Shown here piece after piece: positions 34,501-46,150 of a stretch of DNA of 64,000 nucleotides; positions within the stretch are counted from its first letter, which is position 1, and every line of letters starts with the position of its first letter. The stretch covers positions 10,974,001-11,038,000 of the forward strand of contig NC_073408.1 in assembly GCF_028641065.1 (NCBI RefSeq). Direction: 5' to 3'. Below the pieces are notes generated by a model that did not search any database, was not told where the DNA came from, and saw only the letters and a list, made by a program, of their open reading frames with translations. Position numbers and translations under genes: made by a program. Source of the DNA: Leucoraja erinacea. Lineage: Eukaryota.

Positions 34501-34735
34501 ACAACGTGGGGTCAGACAGGGAGATCTTCCATCCCCCTTACTCTTTGATATTGTTCTGGAGCCTCTCGCAATAGGTATCAGGCGTCACCCAAACATCAGG
34601 GGTATGAAGGTGGGGAACGTGGAAAGTGTGTGGGGCTTTACGCCGATGACACATTATTATATCTCTCCTAGCCAGGAGCCTCTGTTCCCCCCTTGTTAGA
34701 TTTTATTAAATCATTTGGCAAGCTTTCTGGATACA
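31526..34735 (+). mobile_element. Decayed L1-clade LINE (ORF1 plus partial ORF2), interrupted by a CR1 and truncated by a SINE
   Basis: ORF1 coiled coil with DLEGRSRRNNIKIVGIPEGE. Endonuclease motif DPNGRYI. RT motifs KAAGPDGF, SYRPIALLN, HPDQTGFIPGR, RGVRQGD and YADD (~34640). Many frameshifts and stops. Confidence 0.9.
32755..33254 (-). mobile_element. Young CR1 LINE inserted into the L1 ORF2
   Basis: CR1 RT C-terminus ORF 32842-33105. TSD ATAATA at 32749-32754 and 33255-33260; removing it restores the L1 reading YHNILISDYSP. Confidence 0.9.
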
Positions 34736-36639
34736 CAGGAATGTGGGAAGAAACCTGGAGCACCCGGTGAAGCCCCACAGAGACACAGGGAGAATGCACA
34801 AACTCCATTGACAGAATCGAACCCGAGTCTCTGGCGCTGTAAGGCAGCAGCTCCACCACAACACCACCGTGCTGCCTTGAAATGCATCCAGAGAATACAA
34901 CAATTATTTCTCTAGATGAACGTTGAGATTTTTCTGCCATTGGATCTAATTCAGATAAAAGTAAATTTTATTGACTAAAATGATTTTAAAGTGACAACAG
35001 GGATGTGGGAACTGAGAGCCAGAGGCAGCATGTACCCAATTTTTAGAGAAGTCAAAATAGTTAAAGAGTGTAAGATGGTAAAATTAAGAGGTAGGTAAAT
35101 GTCCGCCATGGCTTAGTTGGTTATTGTTTGCTTTGAGTCAGAGATTTACCAATAAAAAAATCAGGCTGCTACTCCACTGCTGTACTGAGAGATTGCCACA
35201 GAGTTGGATGGTAAGAAGTTACATTGAGAAGCCCTCGGTACTCGATGGTGCAGGTAAAAGGTTCCTGAAAATATTTTGCAAAAGGGCAAGCTTGTTATCA
35301 CCAGATTTTTGACCAAACACCAACATTGCTAAATCTCGATATCTAGTTATCAACCCCTAAATAGCCATGCAGTGCAACAATGAGCGGTTGAGTTTTCTAG
35401 AACAGAAGCCGTACATTAAAAAAGCACGTTATTGCTTTTAGATGCTTTGGAGACATCTAAGTCTATAAGTTTGAACCCATGTCCACACATTAACAATGAG
35501 AAGAGAGAATAAGTTGAATGGAGCCTTTTAGTATTCCTTGCTTTTAAGCTCGAGAGACAATTGATCCTTGAATAGCCATGCTGCCAATGCAAGAAAGTAG
35601 ACATATATCAATGGACATGTGGGGTGGAAGATGGCAACCTTCACGTGGTCCGCCCTGTTTCAACTAATGCAATCAACTCGACGTGCACAAATGGAAGATC
35701 AAATAGAACAAGTTGTCCAACAACTTTAGGTTGTGCACGCCACATGAAAGAAGAAGAATGGACATGTATATTTTTGCATATAGATACGCAAAGACTTGTG
35801 GACAGTGAACCAGCTTGAATTTGTGGTATAACATAAGAAAGGTCACCAGCCCGTTTTACACCACTACCTGATTTTATAATCCTGGTTTCAATACAAGTTC
35901 TAAGGGAGGAGATGGAAAGCTGATTGATAATTTGTTATATATATTTCTTGCAATGCACAAAGGAAAAGGTCTAGAAATGTATCCGTGTAAAGCTGTAACA
36001 ACAGGCATTGCAGAATTTAAAATCTCTCCAATGCAATTCACCTAATTTTGCCAACATATTTCGGTCTATCGTAACACCAGTTGTTGACATTGTAACCTAA
36101 TCTTCCTTCCCTCTACACCTACATTTCTTCCTCTGGTTTGGTAGAATGAGGTCTGAGTTATTAAAACTTCTGTGGCAGATCGGGACGCTGCACAGATAGA
36201 ATCACATGGAAGATTCAGGTCCAAACCAGAATCACATCTTGAAATCTAGTGTGTATTTCATATTTGTTTTTTTTTTTTCTTTTAGTAATTTTAGTTTTCA
36301 AAAACTGCTTATAAAATTAGTCAATGCCTCAATATTTCAACGTTGTTCCCTTTGGGTTATTTTTTTCCTGTTTCCTTTCATTTCTCTCTTCCTTATAATA
36401 GACATTTCTAAACACGGTTACATTTTCAGTTAGGAGTTACCACAAATAATCTCCCTGATTCACAAAATATTCTGTATTTTTTAAATGGAATTAAAATATT
36501 GATTAAATAATAAGTAACTATCTTGTTTCAAATAACAGCTCTCATCTTGGCCCGCGAAGCAGAAAAAAGCAACTCTTACCTCAAACTGTGCAAGTTTCTT
36601 TGAGCATCTGTGAAACAAGTTGCCCAGATATATATAGCC

Positions 36640-36920
36640 TGATAAGGATGATTGGATTAAGATAGGTAAATTCTGTTGACTAATGATTAATGGGTGCTTG
36701 CTCTTGTGTCATGAGTGAACTTTAGGTCAAGAAGTTTGAAAGTTCTCTGGCATCTCTGCTGATCTAGCAGCCTGTGTACCTCGAGATTAAATCAATACAT
36801 CTATACCCAAGTACTGCATGTCTTGCATATAGTGTTGCGTTAAGTTGCCCTGATCGCATATCCTTGATGCATTCTCATTGATATGAATATTTTGGATCAA
36901 ATCTACACTCGAGTTGATAA
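36640..36920. promoter_or_regulatory. Candidate liver/intestine enhancer (GATA/HNF1/HNF4/ONECUT motif cluster)
   Basis: TGATAA 36640 and 36915; HNF1-like CTAATGATTAAT 36680-36691; TGAACTTTAG 36716-36725; AAATCAATA 36789-36797. Confidence 0.4.
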
Positions 36921-39900
36921 AGCCTATTTTTTTCTGGCAGCTGAAGTGGGGTTTGGGGAGGGTGATTTTCAGAAAAATGGAAACATTTTGAACTTAAAGC
37001 CAAACTATTGGAGTGAGTGAAGGGAACCATTTCTCACAGGAAGGACAATTAACTCCAGAAATGGTCCCAATAAAAAAACAGTATGGATGCACAGAGACTA
37101 ATATAAATGTTCAGGGCTTTAATCACAACATTTTTGTTTTATAAGTTTATCAAGAAATTGTGAAACAAATATTATTGTTTTGGCATTTCTCAATTCTCAG
37201 GTAGGGGATATCATTGGCATGGCCAGTATTAGAATGCAGACAGTACACCACAGGAACGGGCCCTTTGGCTCAAAATGTTTGTGCCAAACATGATGCCACG
37301 TTAAACTGATCTCATCTGCATGTGCATGATTCATATCCCTCTATTCTTTGCACTTCCATGTGTCTATCTAAAAGCCTCTTAAAGGCCACTATCTGCCTCC
37401 ACCACCACCACCACCCGTGGCAATATGTTCTAGGCCTCTGCATAAACTTGCCCCGCACATCTCCATTAAACTTTCCCCCTCGCACCTTATAACTATGCCC
37501 CCTACTGTTGGACATCTCAACCCTGGGATAAAGGTTTTGACTGTCTACCCTATCTATACCTCTCATAATTTTTCATACTCGTATTTATTGCCCATCCATA
37601 ATTGTCCTTGAGAAAGTGGTGGTGAACTTCCTTCTTCAACTCTTGCAATCTTTCTGGTGAGGGACATTCACAATGTTGATCATGGAGTTTCAGGAGTTAG
37701 ATGCAATGAGCGTGAAAAGACAATGTGCAACATGCATGAACGGACAAGGACAAAGGACCTTTGGCCTAAACATTAATTCTTCATTCTTATTTTCTGCTTT
37801 ATTTCTTCATTTTTATTTAAGATTAATTGATCATTGTATGTTCCTGCATTTAATCCAGTACAACTATTGACAAAATTGCAAATGTGATATGATATCCTTT
37901 TTTTTTAATGATATGGTTTCCATTCTTAACTTTAATAACAAATGCTATTTATTTTATTTATTCATGTGTATATATATTTATATAATGGTATATGGACACA
38001 CTGATCTGTTCTGTAGTCATGCCTACTATGTTCTGTTGTGCTGAACAGCAAAGCACGAATTTCATTGTCCTTTCAGGGACACATGACAATAAACTCTCTT
38101 GAACCTGGAATCTATTGTGTTGATCATGTTAACGTACTGAGGGTGAGCATTGGACTTTTAAGATAAGTGATAAATACAGAACAACAAAGTTAGTCGGAAA
38201 TTACATTTAAGATAATTGAAAATGCCAGAGGGGAAACAAGATTTAATTTTACACAGCCGGTGAGTTTCATTCATAATAGGCTGCATAAAGTGGTAGTGTT
38301 TTATTGGAGCTCACATTGACTGATTACCTGAGCTATGAAACCCTCTCACCAGAAATCAGATTGCTGAGTCCTGATTTTTTCAGTGGTCTGTGATTGAAAA
38401 GTGTGAGCAATATGTGGCAATTTCACACCAGTTAAGAATTTGACTGGACTATTGCAGATTATAACTTCAACACAATATTCACTTCAGGGACATGTAATGG
38501 CGTTGTCGTCCTTGAAATCCTCTTTCAGGAGCCTTGCAGGGCAACCTCGGCCATATTTCTGTGGGCATTTATTAAATAGGTACTCCTTAGACAACATGGT
38601 CTTAAAGTCTTAGTACCATGTTGGGTGGCAGCAAGGTAACTAAACGTTTTAGCTATATCCCAGAACTAAAGCGATTCCCAGCAGTGAGAGCAACTGTTGG
38701 TTAATATGTGGCATCAAGGAGTTCTGTAAAACTGAGGTCACTAGGTATCAAGGGAAGAAGGGTTGGGGTCATGGCTCATATGAGAAGATGGTTCTGGTTG
38801 TTGGAGGTCCATCATCTTCAAAGCACAAGTTAGGCGTGTGAAGGAATCCATTTGCCTGGATGTGTGCAGGGCTAACAACTCTCAAGAAGTTCAACAGCAT
38901 CCAGGGTAAATCAGTCTCCTTGATTAGTTCCACATTAAGCATTGGCACACAATGACTGCGGTGTATGCTATCTATAACATGCGTGGACTCTCCCAGACTA
39001 CTTCCTAAACCTGTGACCTCTAGAGCAAGAAGAACAAGTAGACCAGGTACAGGAGCACATTACCACCAGCAGGTTCCCCTTCAAGTTGCACACCATGTTG
39101 ATTCAGAAATGTATTGCCGGCTCTTCATTGTTAGTGGTTCTAATTCCTGGAACATCCTTCACGCCAGCATCATACAATGACCATTGTGGCTTAAGGAGGT
39201 ATCTGACTACCAGCAAACGCAATTGGAGTAGTCATGGTAATACATGCTGATCTTTTCAGTAATGCCTAGATATTGAAATATTATAATTAAACAAAAACGA
39301 GCAGATTGCCTAAATCAAATAGATTTGAATTGGAGAGCTAGATATTGGAATTGGTGTAAGTTGAATGGGTGGAAATTTGGGGAACTGGTCATTGTGACTC
39401 GAGCGGTTATTCTTATTCCATTTCCTTTCCACACAGTCAGTATTGGTGGGTATTTGTGAGTGGCATTTCACAACTGACACTTGCCCCTTACCTGATATCC
39501 ACACACACAACTTCATACCACTGCTTGTTTTAGCCTGAGATCTTTGTGGTCTCCATGACTGAGTTTCAAATATCAGGGTCCCAAAATGGAAGAGATGGAA
39601 GGAGAGCTAGAAGCACAGGTTTGGGTGAGTTATGATAAGAGCAAACTAAAACAAACTGGAAAAACTTAGTTTGAAATCAACCAGATGCCCTTCCACGGAC
39701 ACACAATATGAATTCATCACTCACTGTGGCACTGTTCTTTGCAGACCAAAGTGGAGGCCCCAGTTCAATTGGTGTCAGAAGTGGCCTTCATCTAGGGAGC
39801 GCAGCTCCACCAAGTCAGGGAATCAAAGAAACCCAGCAAGATTCCAATCTTCAAATGTTACTTGCTAACTCTTTCTGGGGCCGGGAGATGTGATACGGCT

Positions 39901-40529
39901 CTTCTGGGAAACCCAGTCTGACCCATTCTATCAGTGAGGTTTACAAACAGGAATGTCAATTGGACAAGGTTGTTGTTGATCACGACATAACCTGGACCCC
40001 TGAAAGAGCAGTGAAAAAAATCTTCATTTTTCTGGACAAAGATCAGTATATTGCTAAATCATCAGGTGATGAGTTGGCCTCAGGCTTTTGCTGAACTTTG
40101 TCTTTTAAAGTTTCTTCACAAAACATAACACATATCCTTGGACTTTGCACAGATGATAAATTATCTCCACGGTCATCAATTTGGTGGTATGAGTTGTCAC
40201 CTGAGTTCACAGATATTTGTAGGCCAGTTGGAACAATATTTACTCTTGGTTACAGTTTTACTAACCTCTCCGATATCAGTGTGAGATAACGCACTGGTTG
40301 AAGGAGAGTTATTTTGTGTTTTTAAGGATTTGTCCCTCGAATAAAATTCAGATTTAATGCCATCCAGCAATTCTTTGCCTGTGAAGGGTCTTGGTGAGTG
40401 AGGTGAGATGCAAAGGCTGAGGTGTTGAAGGAATGGGTGTAACAACTAGATGACACCAAGATAGAAACAGTCATAGTCATAGTGTTATACAGCATGGAAG
40501 CAGTTCCTTCGGCCCAACTTGCCCATACT

Positions 40530-40870
40530 GAACAAGATGGCAGAGGAGCCGAACCTCTTCTTTGCTCGCTTTGAAGTGGAGCCACCCGAGACAGCCACAT
40601 CACACCACATGGTCCACAGCAGCCTAACCCTCAAGATAGAGGAGCATGAGGTGAGGTGCACGCTGCGGGCCATCAATCCAAGGAAGACTACTGGTCCTGA
40701 CGGCGTCTCTGGACGAGTGCTGAAGGACTGTGCAGACCAGCTGGCTGGAGTCTGTACGAAGATTTTCAACCAGTCTCTGGCCCAGTCCACTGTCCCACCC
40801 TGTCTGGAGTCCGCAACCCTTGCCCAAAAAAACCCACATCTCCAGCCAAATTATGTCCATTTGGGTGTCC
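40530..40870 (+). mobile_element. Rex1/Babar LINE RT fragment
   Basis: GPDGVSGRVLKDCADQLAGV.TKIFNQSLAQSTVPPCL motif in ORF 40519-40917. Confidence 0.8.
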
Positions 40871-41482
40871 CTGGTCCAACTGCCCTACACCAGCACCTAC
40901 AGTATATAGGTGACTGAGTGAAGGAGGAGAAATAACCTGTCTATGAAATCTTCCATAACTTTCCACATTCTAAACACATTTAGATTAATTCCGAGTTTCT
41001 TCATTTTACTGCTGTAAGATTGTTTTTAAAAACTCTACCATAATTAACACTGGTACTCTCTGATCAAAATGTTCTAATTATTGGCCGTATATCAACCATT
41101 ATGTAGTCATGAAATTCATTGAACTTGCTGTGAGACTGGTAAAATGAACCATTCTGTTCCAGGATGTGAACTTTGATTGTGCCTTTGTGTTTCTAACTCT
41201 ATAAACATGCACAGCACACTTTGTGTTTGGTTAACTAACAGTCACGCTAGTGCAAGCACAGCATTGGACTTTAAACAACAGATTAATCCCCAAATAATGC
41301 ATCTATGTGTGAGGACAGAGAGAGATAGAGAGAGAAAGAGAGAGAGAGAGAGTTTGAGTGTGTGTCTGAAAGTATTCACATGCCTTTGTAAGAATATATG
41401 CGGATTTGTTTGTGAGAATCCAACACAATGAGCAATAATGACTATGAGTCTCCTTCTTTGAGCACGTCCTTTGTGAGAGTGA

Positions 41483-41666
41483 CATAGAAACATAGAAAAC
41501 AGGTGCAGGAGTAGGCCATTCAGCCCTTCGAGTCTGCACCGCCATTCAATATGATCATGGCTGATCATCCAATTCAGTATCCTGTACCTGCCTTAATCTC
41601 CATACCCTCTGACCCCTTTAGCCACAAGGGCCACATCTAACTCCCTCTTAAATATAGCCAATGAAC
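41483..41666 (-). mobile_element. CR1 LINE 3' tail
   Basis: Same tail as the other CR1 copies. Confidence 0.85.
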
Positions 41667-42599
41667 GTTTCAGTTGAGAGTGTGTTCCCTTTGACTGTTC
41701 CCTTGAAGTGTTGTCTCTATGTGTGTCTGTCAGCGTCTATCTGTGTGTGTGTGTGTGTCTGTGGGTGTATCTGTCCTGTGAAGTGTCTTGTAATCTGCCA
41801 ATGTACCTGCGCCACCGAGAGTGTAATATTTCTATGAGAGTGCGCAAATACAGAAAAAGAGTTGCAATATTTTCACTCATTTAACTCCCCTTTAACTTCC
41901 AATCGCGAAGTTAAATGAACTTTACATCGGAATATTATTGAGAAACAGGGTTATTGATTGAACTGAGTGAATGATTCTGTAGTTTCAACATGACACAGAT
42001 TGGCACAGGCTGGGCTATTTTTCCACTGAACCCATTGCTTTTCTGAAGTAGAAAAACATATTATTCCCCTAACATTATAATATTAGTAAAACAAGAAAAA
42101 CATGAAGGAGGCAAGAGAGCCAGGGTTATGAAGGGGAGACGGGGATAGAGGCATCAGAAGAGGGAGGTAAAGAGCCCAGGTAGGGAATACAGCGAAGGGA
42201 GAGGGGCAGGAAGGGAAGGGGGGGGATAGAGAAGCAGAGGAGAGAAGACAAGGAAACCATCGGAGTAGGAGAGAGAAGGGGTTAGAGCAGGACGATGAGG
42301 ATAAAGAGGTGGAAGAGGAATGGTAGAGGGGGGGGGAGAGAAATGTCATCATTGCACAGTTTGCATAGAATAGGATTCTGATTTCACAATACACAAGCAC
42401 AATACTATGGTGCAATAGCTTTATTGCAGAGGGAGAGGGGATTCCAAGTATGCTTGTCTTATTAACCTCATCCAAGAATTCAGTCAGTGGATAAGCATGT
42501 CTTGGTCTTTCAGAATCTAAATGAGTTTTTCCAGCACTGGCTGTCGACTAGGGTGAACAATACCACTCTCGGGGTGTAGGTTGCCTGAACCAGAGGTTG

Positions 42600-42925
42600 A
42601 TGGCGGTCACAGTGGCGCAGCGGTAGAGTGGCTGCCTTACAGCGAATGCAGCGCCGGGGACCCGGGTTTGATCCCGATTACGGGTGCTGCCTGTAGGGAG
42701 TTTGTACATTCTCCCCGTGACCTGCATGGGTTTTCTCCGAGATTTTTGGTTTCCTCCCACACTCCAACGACGTACAGGTTTGTAGGTTAATTGGCTTGAT
42801 AGAATGCAAAAAATTGGCCCTAGTGGGTGTGGGCTGGTGTTAATGTGCTGGTCGGCGCAGACCCGGTGGGCCGAAGGGCTTGTTTCCGTGCTGTATCTCC
42901 AAACTAAACATAAAAATAAACTAAA
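42600..42925 (+). mobile_element. HE1-like tRNA-derived SINE, full length
   Basis: A-box TGGCGCAGCGG, B-box-like GGGTTTGATCCC, CR1-like 3' end ggccgaaggg...ctgtatct and (CTAAA) tail. Confidence 0.8.
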
Positions 42926-43457
42926 GGAGACTGGTTAGTAAGAGAATGTTAACTTCAGCAAGCCATGATGTAGGGAACACTGGCTCTCTATGTACCCTCT
43001 CCTTCTTATGCAATCCCTCGGGTCAAGGCTAAGTTGCTTTCCCTCTATTTCATCGATGCCTGGAGTAGTTGGACCCACAGATTCAATGGCAGAAGGCACC
43101 TATAGGACCGGCTTGTGGGTGGTATAGGAGGTGGTGTGTTCATTTTTCCTTTTTTTGTGGATAAACACATGCTCCCAGTCAAATGTCTTGAGGTTCTCAG
43201 CATCATGTCTCATTGAATGGTCATGGGTAAGATTCCCATGAAATTGGACCATGAATCACAAAACTCTGAGAATATCCTTGGAAGATTTATTTTGCCTTCT
43301 GCTAACCTTTTGCTATTTCAGTGCTCAAAATGTCCATGTTTCAGAAGATATTTGTAAGACGAGGTGGATTTCACCTGTAGTTAGATTTTGAACCTCCAAC
43401 TTTCCACTTCAAAGGCTTGGACTTCATTGACTAGATTGCTGGGTTGGATCTAGTTAA

Positions 43458-43763
43458 AGGGCCTATCCCACTGTACGAGCTGATTCAAGAGTTCTCCCGA
43501 GTTTCCACTGATTCGAACTCGGAGAATTACGGTAAAAGCCGTTCGGAAGTACTCGGGGTCTCGTGGACATTTTTCAACATGTTGAAAAATCTTCACGAGC
43601 TTACCGCGTTTCCCGAGTACCTGCCGTTAGCGTTACGACCCGCTAACAGACGTCCCAAGCTCCGACGTACCCGCTACGTACATTCCACGTGCTTACCACA
43701 AGTTTGATTATTTTTTAAACTTGGGAGAGCTCTTGAATTACCTCGTACAGTGGGACAGCCCCT
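43458..43763. mobile_element. PIF/Harbinger-type MITE
   Basis: Imperfect TIRs of ~47 bp (AGGGCCTATCCCACTGTACGAG... / ...CTCGTACAGTGGGACAGCCCCT). TAA TSD at 43455-43457 and 43764-43766. Confidence 0.8.
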
Positions 43764-43796
43764 TAACAGTCCAGGCAGTCAATGATATGAACACAC

Positions 43797-44201
43797 TAGA
43801 AGATTGAGGGGGGATCTTATAGAAACTTACAAAATTCTTAGGGGGTTGGACAGGCTAGATGCAGGAAGATTATTCCCGATGTTGGGGAAGTCCAGAACAA
43901 GGGGACACAGTTTAAGGATAAGAGGGAAGTCTTTTAGGACCGTGATAAGAAAATCAATTTTCTTTTCACACAGAGAGTGGTGAATCTCTGGAATTCTCTG
44001 CAACAGAAGGTAGTTGAGGCCAGTTCATTGGCTATATTTAAGAGGGAGTTAGATGTGGCCCTTGTGGCTAAAGGGATCAGGGGGTATGGAGAGAAGGGAT
44101 GCTGAGTTGGATGATCAGCCATGATCATATTGAATGGCGGTGCAGGCTCGAAGGGCCGAATGGCCTACTACTGCACCTATTTTCTATGTTTTCTATGTTT
44201 C
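43797..44201 (+). mobile_element. CR1 LINE 3' end
   Basis: [12 protein letters not shown]...WNSL coding remnant plus ttctatgt tail. Confidence 0.9.
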
Positions 44202-45019
44202 CAATTCAATCAATCAGTCTTTTCTCTATTGTCCACAAAGGCAAAACACAACGATGATTGAGAATAAATCACATTGTTGCCAATGTCCATTATGTTCATC
44301 TAATTAACCTGTGGCTGATTATCTGTACAGAGGTCTGGATGTATCTGCGTCATCTTTGATCGGCCAGTTTGCAGCATGATTGCTCAGTCACCAATACAAT
44401 GCTCTCATTGTGTTGATAAACGAACGCTGAACAGGCAGTTAACCCACTCAACTCTGAATCAGATGGTTGTGGACTCAAGACCTTCTGCTGAGATTTGAGT
44501 CAGTACCCCAAAAAGATAGTCCCTTGCTGCTACGGGAGAGGGAGGAGATTGCTGCAACATGTCAAACCTTGCCTTTAGGCTGCGGTGTTAAATGAAGCCT
44601 ATCTCTGGCCTCTCAGCTGAACACAAAGGAATTACAACCCAATTTGTAGATTTTTACTTAGTGTCAATATCTGTTCCGTGACCATTGCTCATTAATATTA
44701 CATTGTAACCTGAACAAGAACTCTTTTAAATAATTCCATCTTCACAATATCGGATAGTTGGCAGATATCGAGAGCTGTTTGCTTTCAGTGGCATGCAGGG
44801 TTTGGATGAGCAGTGAGAGAAGCTGAGTTAAGGCAGTGCTTGGCCCTAGAGAAGAGTAGGCCCATAATTAGGGAGTCATTGGCGCTGAGTTTTTGAAGCT
44901 TCATACTCTCCTGGTATCAGAGTTGGTCCAATATGTGGAGACCGGACCCTCTGAAGTAGTTGCCATGATTTAGGGTGAGGGTTTAAGTGAGATACAGAGC
45001 CCCAGGAGGAACAATATAA

Positions 45020-45597
45020 TCACAGGATGAAACTAAAAACTTGGATGTTATGTTGAGGCTTCATGAGGCACTGGTCAGACTGTATTTGGATTATTGTGAG
45101 TTGTTTTGGGCCCAATGTCTGAGGAGAGATGTGCCCAAATGATCCCAGGGATGATTGGCTTAATGTATGATGAGCATTTGACGGCATGGACTCGCAAGAG
45201 TTTAGAAGGATGAGGTAGGACCTCATTGAAACTTCCCGTCTAGTGAAAGGCTTGGATAGAGTGGATGTGGAGAAGATGGTTCCACAAGTGGGAGATTCTA
45301 GGACTAGAGGGTGCAGCCTCAAAATAAAAGGACATACATTTGGAAAGGAAATGAGGAGGAATTTCTTTAGTCTGAAGGTGGTGAATCTATGTAATTCACT
45401 GCCACAGATGGCAGTGGAAGCTATTGGGTATTTTTGAAGAGGAGATTGACATGTTTTTGATTAGTAAGGGTGTCAAAGGTTCTTGGGAGAAGTCAGGAGA
45501 ATGGGGTTGTGAGGGAAAGATAGATCAGCCATGACTGAATGGTTGTGTAGACTTGATGGGCCAAATGGGCCAATTTCTGCTCCTTTGACTTATGAAC
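45020..45597 (+). mobile_element. Older CR1 LINE fragment
   Basis: KGLDRVDVEKM...SRTRGCSLKI...NSLPQ remnant. Confidence 0.8.
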
Positions 45598-46104
45598 TCA
45601 TGATCTGAGCTGAGGGAGATTGTTCTCCTGCCAAGAGTCACGCTGCTAAAACACCGGAAATGGGCAGGGTTTCCATGCCTACAAGGATAGCTGCACCAAA
45701 TGTTACAAGCAGATTGGAAGTTTAAAGAGCAAGAGGAGTTGGTCCATTGGATTCTATAGTGTGTGTGAATGAGTGAGGTTTTGCCTGTTGGGATTATGTG
45801 CGGATCTGGAATGTATTCAACCAAAGTCGACGTTAAATGTGTTGGACAACTTTAGGAGAGAGCTGTTTTCCTCCAGTGACTTTGCTGCTGATACTTATAT
45901 CAGTCCAAATGGTTATGGATTACATTGAACGGTCAACAAATTCTCATTATCCAGGTCAAAAACATCAAAGTGTAAATGAGTAACTGTAGTCTGAAACTAT
46001 AAAGAGACCGAAATAAATTTGCATAGCATTTTAGATGTTAAATATGAGTAAATCGCAGGTTTTCGTTTCCATTCAGAGATAGATCGTACCTTGAAACATC
46101 CACC

Positions 46105-46150
46105 ATGATGATCAAGACAACTGTGATTTCAATCATCCTCACAATCTCGG
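46105..46150 (+). CDS. Apolipoprotein-like gene, signal-peptide exon
   Basis: MMIKTTVISIILTIS-G; donor G|GTTTGT, phase 1; possible upstream acceptor at 46076/46077. Confidence 0.75.

Noticed and set aside
45720-46076. TATA box and first exon of the apolipoprotein-like gene (TTTAAA 45721 with a donor near 45772, or TATAAAG 45998)
   Set aside because: Two competing candidates; cannot choose without transcript data.
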